DNA from: Desulfuromonadales bacterium
GTDB taxonomy: Bacteria > Desulfobacterota > Desulfuromonadia > Geobacterales > Pseudopelobacteraceae
Assembly: GCA_016650295.1 (NCBI GenBank)
Contig: JAENWA010000013.1
Location: 48,457 to 112,456 of the forward strand
DNA length: 64,000 nt
Direction of reading: 5' to 3'
Part shown: in pieces, positions 54,152 through 63,845 of the stretch
Layout: each line of letters begins with the position of its first letter
Numbering within the stretch: position 1 is the stretch's first letter
Made by a program: the position numbers and the translations under genes
The notes under the pieces: model-generated
The model's database searches: none
What the model saw: the letters and a program-made list of their open reading frames with translations, nothing else
Told to the model about the DNA's origin: nothing

Positions 54152-55648
54152 ATGACCCCAGCGGCAATCGTACAAAAACTCTGGAACTACTGCAACGTCC
54201 TGCGCGACGACGGAATGAGCTACGGCGATTACGTCGAGCAGCTCACCTTCCTGCTCTTCCTCAAGATGGCCGACGAGCGGACGAAGAAACCCTACAGCCA
54301 GACAAGCCCGGTTCCGGCTGGCTATGACTGGCCCAGCCTGCTGAAGAAGGACGGCGACGAACTCTTCGACCACTACCGCCACACTCTGGAAAAACTGGGA
54401 CAGGAGAAGGGGCTGCTGGGACTGATCTTCGGCCGCGCCCAGAACAAGTTCCAGGACCCGGCCAAACTGCGCCGTCTGCTGGTGGACCTGCTGGACAAGG
54501 AAAACTGGTCGATCATGAGCGCCGACGTCAAGGGGGAGGCCTACGAGGGGCTTTTGGAGAAGAACGCCCAGGACACCAAGAGCGGCGCCGGGCAGTACTT
54601 TACCCCGCGTCCGCTGATCCAGGCCATTGTGGATGTCATGGCGCCCAGGCCGAAGGAGACGATCTGCGACCCGGCCTGCGGCACCGGCGGCTTTCTGCTG
54701 TCGGCCTTTACCTATGTCAGCGACCCCAAGCATTACAAGCTGGACCGGGACCAGAAGCGATTCCTGGAAACCGAGACCCTGCGCGGCTGGGAATTGGTGC
54801 ACGCCACGGCACGGCTCTGCGCCATGAACATGATGCTGCACGGCATCGGCGGCGAGGCGCTCCCCATCGAGGCGGGCGTTGATTCGCTGGCTTCCGATCC
54901 GGGCGAGCGCTTCGATATCATTCTGACCAACCCGCCCTTCGGCAAGAAGAGCAGCACAACCATCATCGGCGCGGACGGCAAGGCCTACAGCGAAAAGGAG
55001 ACCATCGAGCGGGATGATTTCTGCGCCACCACCTCCAACAAGCAGCTCAACTTCATGCAGCACATCAAGACCCTGCTCAAACAACACGGCCGCGCCGCCG
55101 TGGTGGTGCCGGACAACGTGCTCTTCGAAGGCGGTGCGGGTGAAACAATCCGTCGCAAGCTGCTTCAGGAGTGCGACGTGCACACCCTGCTGCGCCTCCC
55201 TACCGGTCTGTTCTATGCCCAGGGGGTCAAGGCCAACGTGATCTTCTTCGACAAGAAACCGGCCAGCGAGACACCCTGGACAAAGAAGCTCTGGATCTAC
55301 GACCTGCGCACCAACCTGCACTTCACCCTCAAGACCAACCCGCTCAAGCGCACCGACCTGGAAGAGTTCGTGGCCCTCTACAATCCGGCCAACCGCCATG
55401 AGCGCAGCGCCACCTGGAGCGATGCGACCCCCGCTGGCCGCTGGCGGTCCTACGACTACGCCAATCTGATGGCCCGCGACAAGGCCAGTCTGGACATCTT
55501 CTGGCTGCGGGACGAATCCCTGGAGAATTCGGACAACCTGCCCGAGCCGGGTGTGATCTGCCGCGACATGATCGTTGATCTGGAAAGCGCTCTGGAACAG
55601 CTGCGGCTGATCGCGGAGGATGTGGGTGAAGAACTCGATGAGAGCTAG
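54152..55648 (+). CDS. hsdM: type I restriction-modification methyltransferase subunit HsdM
   Basis: 498 aa with an HsdM N-terminal domain (KLWNYCNVLRDDGMSYGDYVEQLTFLLFLKM), a SAM motif (DPACGTGGFL) and the catalytic NPPFG. Confidence 0.93.
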   Translation: MTPAAIVQKLWNYCNVLRDDGMSYGDYVEQLTFLLFLKMADERTKKPYSQTSPVPAGYDWPSLLKKDGDELFDHYRHTLEKLGQEKGLLGLIFGRAQNKFQDPAKLRRLLVDLLDKENWSIMSADVKGEAYEGLLEKNAQDTKSGAGQYFTPRPLIQAIVDVMAPRPKETICDPACGTGGFLLSAFTYVSDPKHYKLDRDQKRFLETETLRGWELVHATARLCAMNMMLHGIGGEALPIEAGVDSLASDPGERFDIILTNPPFGKKSSTTIIGADGKAYSEKETIERDDFCATTSNKQLNFMQHIKTLLKQHGRAAVVVPDNVLFEGGAGETIRRKLLQECDVHTLLRLPTGLFYAQGVKANVIFFDKKPASETPWTKKLWIYDLRTNLHFTLKTNPLKRTDLEEFVALYNPANRHERSATWSDATPAGRWRSYDYANLMARDKASLDIFWLRDESLENSDNLPEPGVICRDMIVDLESALEQLRLIAEDVGEELDES

Positions 55649-55706
55649 GAGCCTGTCGGACTTAGGGGAAATCTAAGGTATACTGACAGTGCAGACATCT
55701 ATCCGC

Positions 55707-55931
55707 ATGACGACAGGGCGAGGGAAGATAGTGACGACAGAAGAGCGGTTCACAAATCATAAACAGGTCTTTACCTGCCCCCACTGCGGTGAACGCATAT
55801 CCATGCTGCTGGATTCCTCAATCGGCTTCCAGAGCTACATCGAGGACTGCGAAGTCTGCTGCAACCCCATCGAAATCAGTTATCAGGCCGAAGAAGGCAG
55901 AATCGTCTCGTTCCAGGCCCTGATCTCATGA
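55707..55931 (+). CDS. CPXCG-motif cysteine-rich small protein
   Basis: FTCPHCGERISMLLDSSIGFQSYIEDCEVCCNPIEISY matches the CPxCG ... CxVCC pattern. The start codon is uncertain (55689 or 55707). Confidence 0.65.
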   Translation: MTTGRGKIVTTEERFTNHKQVFTCPHCGERISMLLDSSIGFQSYIEDCEVCCNPIEISYQAEEGRIVSFQALIS

Positions 55932-55994
55932 TATAAAGCAATCAGGCCGCCTTGGCCCGGTAACATCCCGTCAACACGGATTCGGAGGTTCTTC

Positions 55995-56423
55995 ATGAAG
56001 GTCGAATGGCTGGAAAGTCTTTCGGTAGGGGTAGAGGAAATCGATCGCCAGCACAAGCTCCTTTTCGATAAATACAATGACTTTTTTACGGCCTACTCCG
56101 AGGGGCGGTCCGACGAAGAGGTAATCCGGCTGTTGAGTTTTCTTGAAGAGTATGTGGCCGTCCACTTTGCCAACGAGGAGAGGCTGCAACGACTGATCGG
56201 GTTTCCTGATTACCAGAAACATCTGAAGCAACACCAGGAACTGACCCGCACGGTTGCCGAACTCAAGGAACGCTTCAAAAAGCAGGGTCCCGACCCGAGC
56301 CTTATTACATCCACGGGCCTGTTGATGACCGGTTGGCTTATCGAGCACATTTCCGTCATGGACCGTGCCATCGGTCGGTTCATGAAGGAAGTGCAAAGCC
56401 GGGGTGCCGGGGAAAAACCCTGA
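55995..56423 (+). CDS. hemerythrin-like (bacteriohemerythrin) protein
   Basis: 142 aa (VEWLESLSVGVEEIDRQHKLLF...HFANEE...YQKHLKQHQ...WLIEHISVMD) with the His/Glu/Asp iron-ligand pattern. Confidence 0.85.
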   Translation: MKVEWLESLSVGVEEIDRQHKLLFDKYNDFFTAYSEGRSDEEVIRLLSFLEEYVAVHFANEERLQRLIGFPDYQKHLKQHQELTRTVAELKERFKKQGPDPSLITSTGLLMTGWLIEHISVMDRAIGRFMKEVQSRGAGEKP

Positions 56424-56538
56424 AGCCGCCTGTGAAGAGGATTTTAACGGGATGTCCGAGTGGACGCCGACTGTCGGCGAGGCTTGAAGAGAAAGCTGTT
56501 TCACAAAATGACCCTCGTTAAATAAGGAGGTGTGCGAC

Positions 56539-56835
56539 ATGAAGGTACTTGTCGATTTATGCGTGGTTCCGATCGGAGTTGGCGTATCCCTGTCTGCCTA
56601 TGTTGCGGAATGTGAAAAAATCCTGACCGGGGCGGGCCTGAAGAGTTCGCTGCACTCCTACGGGACCAACATCGAAGGCGAGTGGGACGATGTTTTCGCG
56701 CCCATCAAACGCTGCCATGAAAAAGTCCACGCCATGGGAGCACCGCGGATTACAACAACCATCAAGCTGGGAACACGCACCGACCGGGATCAGACCATGG
56801 CGGAGAAGATCGAAAGCGTGAAGAGCAAGCTGTGA
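56539..56835 (+). CDS. MTH1187/YkoF-family thiamine-binding protein (DUF77)
   Basis: 98 aa from the ATG at 56539, 8 nt after an AAGGAGG Shine-Dalgarno sequence (MKVLVDLCVVPIGVGVSLSAYVAECEKIL...TNIEGEWDDV). Confidence 0.75.
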   Translation: MKVLVDLCVVPIGVGVSLSAYVAECEKILTGAGLKSSLHSYGTNIEGEWDDVFAPIKRCHEKVHAMGAPRITTTIKLGTRTDRDQTMAEKIESVKSKL

Positions 56836-56877
56836 CCGCCACACGTGATGAGCAAAGAGACAGTTGATATCCCCCTG

Positions 56878-56904
56878 ATCCCCCTTTCTCAAGGGGGATT
56901 TTTG
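56878..56904 (+). terminator. rho-independent terminator
   Basis: Stem TCCCCCTT/AAGGGGGA with loop TCTC, followed by TTTTTG. Confidence 0.75.
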
Positions 56905-56957
56905 CAGCGGCGCCAGAAACGACAGTTTGTGCGGCGAACCAAAGGAACAGGCTTGCA

Positions 56958-58187
56958 ATGAAAATCCTGCACACATCGGATTGGCACATCGGGCGGGCGC
57001 TGTATGGCCGCAAACGCTACGAGGAATTCGCGCAATTTCTCGACTGGCTGATCGGCTGTATTGAGTCAGAAGGGATCGAGGCCCTGCTGGTGGCCGGGGA
57101 TGTCTTCGACAACGGTACGCCCGGCAACCGGGCGCTGGAGCTCTATTACCGCTTTCTGTGCCGCTGTGCCGGAGCAGGCTGCCGTCACGTGGTGGTCACG
57201 GCCGGCAACCACGATTCCCCCTCGCTGCTGAATGCACCCCGCGAGGTGTTGCGTTTCCTCAATGTCCACGTGGTTGGCTGCATGGCCGAAGCGACCGATG
57301 AGCTGGTTGTGCTGAACGATGTTGACGGCCGGCCGGAGCTGATCGTCTGCGCGGTTCCCTATCTGCGTGACCGCGATATCCGCAGCGCCGAGGCCGGTGA
57401 AACCTTTGAGGACAAGGGGCGCAAACTTGTGGAGGGTATCCGCGAGCACTACCGGCAGGCGGGCGAGGCGGCCGTTGCCAAGCGCTCCGAACTGGGGAGG
57501 AATATCCCCATTATCGCCATGGGACACCTGTTTACCAACGGCGGTCAGACCATGGAAGGCGATGGGGTGCGGGAGCTGTATGTGGGGACCCTTGGGCAGG
57601 TGCGGGCCGATTGCTTTCCCGAATGCTTCGACTACCTGGCCCTCGGTCATCTGCATCTGGCGCAGCGGGTCGGCGGTTCGGATCTGCGCCGCTATTCGGG
57701 TGCGCCCATCCCGATGAGCTTCGGCGAGGCCGGGCAGCGCAAGGTTGTGGTGGCGGTGAATACAGGCGCCGAAGTTGTAACGGTACAGGAAATCCCTGTC
57801 CCCTGTTTTCAGACCTTGGCCACGGTGCGCGGCGACTGGCAGCGCATCGCCGGGCGGATCGGGGAGCTGAAACGGGATGGTGCGGCGGCTTGGCTGGAGG
57901 TGATCTACGAGGGGGATGAGGTTATCGCTGATCTGCAGGAACGCTTGCGGGAACTGATCGACGGCACGGCGCTGGAAATCCTGCGGGCCAAGAACATGCG
58001 CCTGGTGGAGCGGACCCTGAGCCGGATGGCGACGGAAGAGACCCTGGATGATCTCAGTGTTGACGATGTCTTCGCCCGCTGCCTGGCGGCCCATGCGGTG
58101 CCCGAGGAGCAGCAGGCCGAACTGGTGGCGGCCTTTCGTGAGACCGTGGCGGCACTGCATGAAGATGCCAGTTTGGGGGAAGTATGA
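56958..58187 (+). CDS. sbcD: exonuclease SbcCD subunit D (Mre11-like nuclease)
   Basis: 409 aa with phosphoesterase motifs (ILHTSDWHIG, LVAGDVFD, VVTAGNHD, GHLH). Confidence 0.92.
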   Translation: MKILHTSDWHIGRALYGRKRYEEFAQFLDWLIGCIESEGIEALLVAGDVFDNGTPGNRALELYYRFLCRCAGAGCRHVVVTAGNHDSPSLLNAPREVLRFLNVHVVGCMAEATDELVVLNDVDGRPELIVCAVPYLRDRDIRSAEAGETFEDKGRKLVEGIREHYRQAGEAAVAKRSELGRNIPIIAMGHLFTNGGQTMEGDGVRELYVGTLGQVRADCFPECFDYLALGHLHLAQRVGGSDLRRYSGAPIPMSFGEAGQRKVVVAVNTGAEVVTVQEIPVPCFQTLATVRGDWQRIAGRIGELKRDGAAAWLEVIYEGDEVIADLQERLRELIDGTALEILRAKNMRLVERTLSRMATEETLDDLSVDDVFARCLAAHAVPEEQQAELVAAFRETVAALHEDASLGEV

Positions 58188-61100
58188 AAGTCCTGCGCCT
58201 CTCTTTTAAAAACCTCAATTCCCTGGCCGGTGTCTGGAGTATCGATTTCACCCACCCCGACTATGTCTCCAGCGGCATCTTTGCCATCACCGGGCCGACC
58301 GGCGCCGGCAAAACCACCATCCTGGACGCCATCTGCCTGGCCCTCTACGGCCAGACCCCCCGTCTCAGCCGGATCACCCAGGGCGAAAACGAGATCATGT
58401 CGCGCCAGACCGGCGAATGCTTCAGTGAGGTGGAATTTGAAACCGCCAAGGGGCGTTTTCGCTGCCACTGGAGCCAGCACCGCTCGCGGCGACAGGCCGA
58501 CGGCCAGTTACAGTCGCCCAGACATGAGATCGCCGTGGTTGAAAGCGGACAGATCCTCGAATCAAAACTGAGGGCCGTGGCTGAAAAGGTTGAAGAGGTC
58601 ACCGGCATGGACTTCGACCGTTTCACCCGTTCCATGCTGCTGGCGCAAGGTGGCTTCGCCGCATTTTTGCAGGCCCGCCCCGACGAGCGCGCCCCGATCC
58701 TGGAGCAGATCACCGGCACCGCCATCTACAGCCAAATCTCCATTAAGGTCCATGAGCGCACCAGCGAGGAAAGGAAACAGCTGGGAGAGCTGCGGGCCGA
58801 ACTGGAGGGTATCCGGCTGCTGACGCCGGAGGAAGAGCAGGACCTGCTGTGTAAAAAAACGGATCTGCTCCTGGCGGAACAGGCCCTGACCACGGAAGCC
58901 CGGATTATCCGCGAAGCCCAGGCCTGGCGGGAGCGAATCGCGGCCCTGGAGGCGGAACTCCGGCAGCTGGATCAGTACCGCTCAGATTTTGAAACACGCA
59001 AAACAGCTGCCGCGCCGGAGCTGGAGCGGCTGGAGCTGGCCGGTCGCGCCCTGAATCTGGAAGGGGAGCACGCCCATATCCTGTCGCTTCGCGTCCAGCA
59101 GACTGCTGAACAGGGCGAACTGAAGGATGCAGAGGAACGACTCCCCCAGCTTCGGATTGACTGGCAGAGCGCCTTTGACGCACTGCAACTGGCCGAGAGC
59201 GGCTTGACACGCGCCCGGGTCGAGCAGGAACAGGAGGCGGAGCTGATCCGTATTACCCGTGCGCTGGATGTCAAGCTCGGCGAGGCCCAGGCCCAGCTGC
59301 AAGGCTTGACGGTCGAGATAGAAAAAACACAGCGACAAAACGGCGATTTTCGCCGGGCGATAACCGAATGCGATCTGCGCAGGAACGAAATCGGCGCGGA
59401 GTTGCAGCAGGCCGCCGCCTTTCTGGATGCGCACCAAAACGATGCCGGACTGGCCGAGGCCCTGACCGGCATCGAACAGCAGCTGAAGGGGCTGAAGACG
59501 CTGGATGCGCAACGGCGTGACACGCTGGCCAAGCTGGGGCAGCAGTCAACAGTGATCGAGACCGCCCAACTGACCCTCGGCCGGACTGAAACCGCCTGGC
59601 AGGGGGCTCAGCAGGCCGTTAATGCGGCGCAACAGCAGCAGACGGATCTGCGTACCGTTCGCGAAACCATTTTGCAGAACCGAGATCTTTCCGCATGGCG
59701 CACTGATGCCGAAGCAGTCACGACCCGCCAGACCCGCCTGGGGATGATTCAGGAAACCGTTGCGCGAATCGCGGAGGCGCAGCCGGGACTGCTGGAGCTG
59801 AAACTGCGCGGAGAGGGGCTTGGAGAGCGGAGGCAGGCCCTGGTCCGGCAGGAGGAGATGCTGGCCCGTGAATATGAATTGTGCGAGCAGGTTGCCAAAA
59901 AAATGCAGGATAACGTCCTGTTGCTCAACCGGGTGCGCAGTCTGGAAGAGGATCGAAAACAGCTGGTGGACGGCGCCCCCTGCCCGCTCTGCGGCGCTGC
60001 CGATCACCCCTATGCCTCCGGAAATATCCCGCAGCCGGACGAGGCCCGCCAGGAGCTTGAGCTGGCCCTCAACGAGGCGAAACGGGTGCAGGAGGAACTT
60101 TCCCGGATCAGGCAGGATCTGGTGGCTGTTGCCAAGGACCTGCAACGTAACGCAGAGGATCAGGCCGCGCTTCAGGAACGGCTGCTGCGCGATGAGGCCT
60201 TGTGCGCCGGCGCCTTTGCGGAGCTGGGGATACGCGCCGACCCTGAGACGCGGCCGGAGGTTATTCGGCGCGAATCCGAGACCTGCCGGGAAGAGCTGGC
60301 CATCCGCCACGACATCATCCGCACGGGGGAACTGAACGAGCAGGAAGAACGAACGCTTCAGACAGCGATGACCAGGCTCAGGGACGAGCTGGCCACGCAT
60401 GACAAGGCCCGGCTGGCGGCCCGCCTGGGACAGGAAGCGGCGCTGCGGGAACGCACCCGTCTGGAGGGGGAATCCGCGTCGCTTCATGACGACCTTGAAC
60501 AGGCGCTGACCCTGGTCGGAGGCGTTGTAGCGCCCTATGGGTGTGGCGAGGTTGCGCCGGATACGGCCGACAAGCTGCTGGCGGCCCTGACAACCCGGCG
60601 CAACGCCTTTGTTCAGCGCTTTCAGGCCGGGGAACGTCTGGAAAAAGCGCTGGCCGACACGACAGCCGAACAGGAAAAACAGCGGGCCTTGCTGGCCGGA
60701 TCGCACAAGACGCTTGAGGAGCGGGAGCTGCTGCTGCGGGAGAAAGGCGCACAGCGGGATCTGCTGGTTGAGCAGCGTCTGGAACGCTATGGAGAACGCA
60801 ACCCGGATACGGAGGAAAAACGGCTGGCCGATGCGCTGCGACAGGCCGGTGAACGGCGTGAAGCGGCGCTGCGGGAGCAGAACCGGCTGCGTGCCGAGCT
60901 TGACGGGTTGAGCCGGCTGGTGGAACGGCTGTCGGACGCTACTACCCGAAGGGGTGAGCAGCTTGCCGAACGGGAAGCTGCCTTCCGTCTGTGTCTGGCG
61001 GATGCCGTTTTTGCGGACGAGGCCGCTTTTCAGGAGGCGCGCCTGCCAAGGGAGCGCTTCGATGAGCTCAGGCATAAGGCCGAGACCCTGCGCTCGGAGG

Positions 61101-61855
61101 AGATCGCCATTCAGGCCCGTCACCAGGACCGCAGCCAGGCCCTGGCCGGGGAGCGTGATCGACAGCTGACCGATAAAGCGCTGGATCTGATTCAGGAGGA
61201 GAACGCCGCTGTTAGTGGACGCTTGAACGAGCTGCAGAAGGAGTTGGGCGCCATCGATCAGCAACTTCGCCAGCACGCCGAACAGCAGCAGCGCCATCAG
61301 AGCCGGCTTCAGGCAATAGCGATACAGAGGCGCGAGTGCGACCGCTGGGAGCAGCTGCACAGCCTGATCGGCTCCAGCGACGGGAAGCGCTTCCGCAACT
61401 TTGCCCAAGGGCTGACCTTCGAGTTGATGGTTGCCCATGCAAACCGTCAGTTGCAGAAGATGAGCGACCGATATATACTGCTGCGCGACAACAGCGAACC
61501 GCTGGAACTGAACGTTATCGACAACTACCAGGCCGGGGAGATCCGTTCCACCAAGAATCTTTCCGGTGGCGAGAGTTTCATCGCCAGCCTGGCCCTGTCA
61601 CTCGGGCTTTCCAGTATGGCCAGCCGCAACGTGCGTGTTGATTCATTGTTTCTTGACGAAGGATTCGGTACACTTGATGAGGATGCGTTGGAAACCGCCC
61701 TGGAAACCCTTTCCGGCCTGCAGCAGGACGGCAAGCTGATCGGCATCATCTCGCATGTCCCGGCACTCAAGGAGCGCATCGGTACACAGATTCAGGTAGA
61801 GGCAGGCAGCGCAGGGCGCAGCAGGATCAGCGGACCGGGTGTGAATCGACTTTGA
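58184..61855 (+). CDS. sbcC: exonuclease SbcCD subunit C (Rad50-like ATPase)
   Basis: 1223 aa with N-terminal Walker A (GPTGAGKTT), a very long coiled coil with a central CPLCG zinc hook, a C-terminal signature (LSGGESF) and Walker B (LFLDEGFGTLD). Confidence 0.95.
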   Translation: MKVLRLSFKNLNSLAGVWSIDFTHPDYVSSGIFAITGPTGAGKTTILDAICLALYGQTPRLSRITQGENEIMSRQTGECFSEVEFETAKGRFRCHWSQHRSRRQADGQLQSPRHEIAVVESGQILESKLRAVAEKVEEVTGMDFDRFTRSMLLAQGGFAAFLQARPDERAPILEQITGTAIYSQISIKVHERTSEERKQLGELRAELEGIRLLTPEEEQDLLCKKTDLLLAEQALTTEARIIREAQAWRERIAALEAELRQLDQYRSDFETRKTAAAPELERLELAGRALNLEGEHAHILSLRVQQTAEQGELKDAEERLPQLRIDWQSAFDALQLAESGLTRARVEQEQEAELIRITRALDVKLGEAQAQLQGLTVEIEKTQRQNGDFRRAITECDLRRNEIGAELQQAAAFLDAHQNDAGLAEALTGIEQQLKGLKTLDAQRRDTLAKLGQQSTVIETAQLTLGRTETAWQGAQQAVNAAQQQQTDLRTVRETILQNRDLSAWRTDAEAVTTRQTRLGMIQETVARIAEAQPGLLELKLRGEGLGERRQALVRQEEMLAREYELCEQVAKKMQDNVLLLNRVRSLEEDRKQLVDGAPCPLCGAADHPYASGNIPQPDEARQELELALNEAKRVQEELSRIRQDLVAVAKDLQRNAEDQAALQERLLRDEALCAGAFAELGIRADPETRPEVIRRESETCREELAIRHDIIRTGELNEQEERTLQTAMTRLRDELATHDKARLAARLGQEAALRERTRLEGESASLHDDLEQALTLVGGVVAPYGCGEVAPDTADKLLAALTTRRNAFVQRFQAGERLEKALADTTAEQEKQRALLAGSHKTLEERELLLREKGAQRDLLVEQRLERYGERNPDTEEKRLADALRQAGERREAALREQNRLRAELDGLSRLVERLSDATTRRGEQLAEREAAFRLCLADAVFADEAAFQEARLPRERFDELRHKAETLRSEEIAIQARHQDRSQALAGERDRQLTDKALDLIQEENAAVSGRLNELQKELGAIDQQLRQHAEQQQRHQSRLQAIAIQRRECDRWEQLHSLIGSSDGKRFRNFAQGLTFELMVAHANRQLQKMSDRYILLRDNSEPLELNVIDNYQAGEIRSTKNLSGGESFIASLALSLGLSSMASRNVRVDSLFLDEGFGTLDEDALETALETLSGLQQDGKLIGIISHVPALKERIGTQIQVEAGSAGRSRISGPGVNRL

Positions 61856-61930
61856 ATCACGCCCCACAACAGTATGAAACCCGGCTGGATAGTATCCCGC
61901 TGGTTCAATTAAAGGAGGTTACAGTATCCC

Positions 61931-62215
61931 ATGACCAAAGCTGACATCGCAGAAAAGATCCAGGATTCTACCGGCCTGACAAAAAAGGAATCCGCCGAAA
62001 TGATGGAGGCGGTCTTTTCCATCATGAAGAACACCCTGGAATCCGGAGAGACGTTGAAAATATCCGGTTTCGGCAGCTTCCTCGTAAAAGAGAAGGCGGA
62101 CCGTCGCGGCCGCAACCCGCAGACCGGAGAGGCAATCACCATAAAGGCCAGGCGGATACTGACCTTCAAGCCAAGCAATCTTCTCAGGGATGCGATCAAT
62201 GGAACAGAAGAATGA
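61931..62215 (+). CDS. ihfA: integration host factor subunit alpha (HU/IHF family)
   Basis: 94 aa (MTKADIAEKI...ISGFGSFLVKEKADRRGRNPQTGEAITIKARRILTFKPS). The alpha-versus-beta call is by resemblance to Geobacter-type IhfA. Confidence 0.8.
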   Translation: MTKADIAEKIQDSTGLTKKESAEMMEAVFSIMKNTLESGETLKISGFGSFLVKEKADRRGRNPQTGEAITIKARRILTFKPSNLLRDAINGTEE

Positions 62216-62320
62216 TCCGGCTGGTCATCCTGTGAACAATAATCGGATTCCCGCACAAAATTTCTTGTGCCCGCATCCAATATCAACCGGCGATATCTCC
62301 GGCCAAAGAGGTTATGTACA

Positions 62321-62947
62321 ATGAAACAACCCGTCAGATATATCCTGTTCACCCTGCTGGCCTGCTCACTTTCCGTCGCGGCCGGGGCTGCCGACCCCGC
62401 CACAGGCACGCAGCCCCAGAAACCGTCCCTGCTGTCGCCTGCTCAGCAGATACTGCCCACCGAAACCCCCAAAAAACCGGAGGACACATCGGCACAACAG
62501 ACCTTGCGCCTGGGGCATGTGGATCTTATACGGATCAGCAACGAATCCGAGACCGGAAAAGCAGGAAAGCTTCAACTGGCCGAACTTCAAAAAAAATTGC
62601 AGGGCCAGATCGAGACCAAGCGCAAGCAACTGGATAAACAAAAGTCGGCCATTGAAGCCAAGCTGAGCACGCTGACCGCCCAGCAACGGGAAGCCAAGGG
62701 CAAAGATTTTCAGAAAAAAGTCGAGGAGTTCCAGAAATTCGGCCAGAAGGCTGAAAAAGAACTTCAGGAACGGCAGGAGGAGTTCAGCAACAGTCTGTTC
62801 AAGGCAATTGAGCAGGCCAGCTCCGAATACGGCAAGGCCAATGGTCTTGCTCTGGTGGTTGTCAAGAGAGAGCTCCTGTATTTGGGCAGCGGGGTCGATG
62901 CCCAGGATGTGACCGACGGGGTAATCAAGCTGATCGACAAAAAGTAA
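62321..62947 (+). CDS. OmpH/Skp-family periplasmic chaperone
   Basis: The ATG at 62321 has an AAGAGG Shine-Dalgarno sequence. A signal peptide (MKQPVRYILFTLLACSLSVAAGA) is followed by a lysine- and glutamine-rich coiled-coil body typical of Skp. Confidence 0.75.
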   Translation: MKQPVRYILFTLLACSLSVAAGAADPATGTQPQKPSLLSPAQQILPTETPKKPEDTSAQQTLRLGHVDLIRISNESETGKAGKLQLAELQKKLQGQIETKRKQLDKQKSAIEAKLSTLTAQQREAKGKDFQKKVEEFQKFGQKAEKELQERQEEFSNSLFKAIEQASSEYGKANGLALVVVKRELLYLGSGVDAQDVTDGVIKLIDKK

Positions 62948-62972
62948 TCGGTAACAACCTGATGTGAAAATG

Positions 62973-63009
62973 AGAAGAGCCGCCCTGGCAGACCAGGGCG
63001 GCTCTTCTT
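62973..63009. terminator. bidirectional terminator between convergent genes
   Basis: A 14-bp perfect stem (AAGAGCCGCCCTGG/CCAGGGCGGCTCTT) with loop CAGA is flanked by T-rich sequence on both strands. Confidence 0.8.
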
Positions 63010-63038
63010 GTGTGGCTTCAATGGTACCGTCTGACGTA

Positions 63039-63845
63039 TTAAAAGAGCGGATGTTCAAACGACAGATAGGCCAGGCCGCCAAGCTCTCCTCTGGATGGCC
63101 CAACCCCTATGGGCATGGAAACTCCCGGCACAATCTGAAGTCCGGATTTGAAGTTGATGGCGAATCGAACGCCAGGGTTGATAAAGAACGTGTTTGCCTG
63201 CTGTTTGCTGCCGTCCGGTTGCACTGATTCTCCCGATGTACCGGCTGCTTCAAGCATCAGGTTGAAATTCTCCGTAGCCAGGTAAATGAGGCTGGCGCCG
63301 TAATTAAATGAAGTGGTATCAGCTTTTGCCCCACCCGATTCCCTGCTGCGCGGGGTGTATGTGGCTCCGAGGTTCCAGTGGGTAACAAATTTATCCGATA
63401 ACTCTACACTCAAAGGGATATTGGCCTGAAGACCGACCGAATCGGTGCCGTGTCCTTTTTTGTAATCGCCGGTCGGCAGTATGACGGAAAACCGAGGGGA
63501 CAATGCAATATGGTCTTTTAACACAGCCTGATAACGGTAGTTAAGAGCAATGTCACCGATGCCGCTTGCATTTGCAGGGTCGCTCACATGCACCACGGGA
63601 ATGGTATAGGAAAGCTGATGAGTCTCATTCGGTACCGGCCATTCCTGCGTAAAGGTATAGATCCAGTCCTTGGATTCCTTCAGATACATGAAGGTCTGGA
63701 TATGCTGTACAACCCCTGCTTCCTGATTGTAAGCCTCCTCCAGCAGGAATGAATTGTCCTGGATTTTCTTCGGTTCTTCGGCCATGACCTGAAAAGGCAT
63801 ACTTGCAATAAGAGTCAGTGCCAAAACAATCTTTTTACCCCGCAT
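63039..63845 (-). CDS. outer-membrane beta-barrel transporter (MetA/phenol-degradation-pathway-like family)
   Basis: The ATG at 63845 has a GGAGG Shine-Dalgarno sequence. A signal peptide (MRGKKIVLALTLIASMPFQVMA) is followed by alternating beta-strand patterns and a C-terminal aromatic residue (...FEHPLF). Confidence 0.65.
   Translation of the reverse strand: MRGKKIVLALTLIASMPFQVMAEEPKKIQDNSFLLEEAYNQEAGVVQHIQTFMYLKESKDWIYTFTQEWPVPNETHQLSYTIPVVHVSDPANASGIGDIALNYRYQAVLKDHIALSPRFSVILPTGDYKKGHGTDSVGLQANIPLSVELSDKFVTHWNLGATYTPRSRESGGAKADTTSFNYGASLIYLATENFNLMLEAAGTSGESVQPDGSKQQANTFFINPGVRFAINFKSGLQIVPGVSMPIGVGPSRGELGGLAYLSFEHPLF

Noticed and set aside
56424-56538. TPP riboswitch upstream of the thiamine-binding-family gene.
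   Set aside because: The leader lacks the conserved CTGAGA and ACCTGATCTGGATAATGCCAGCG-type elements of the THI-box.
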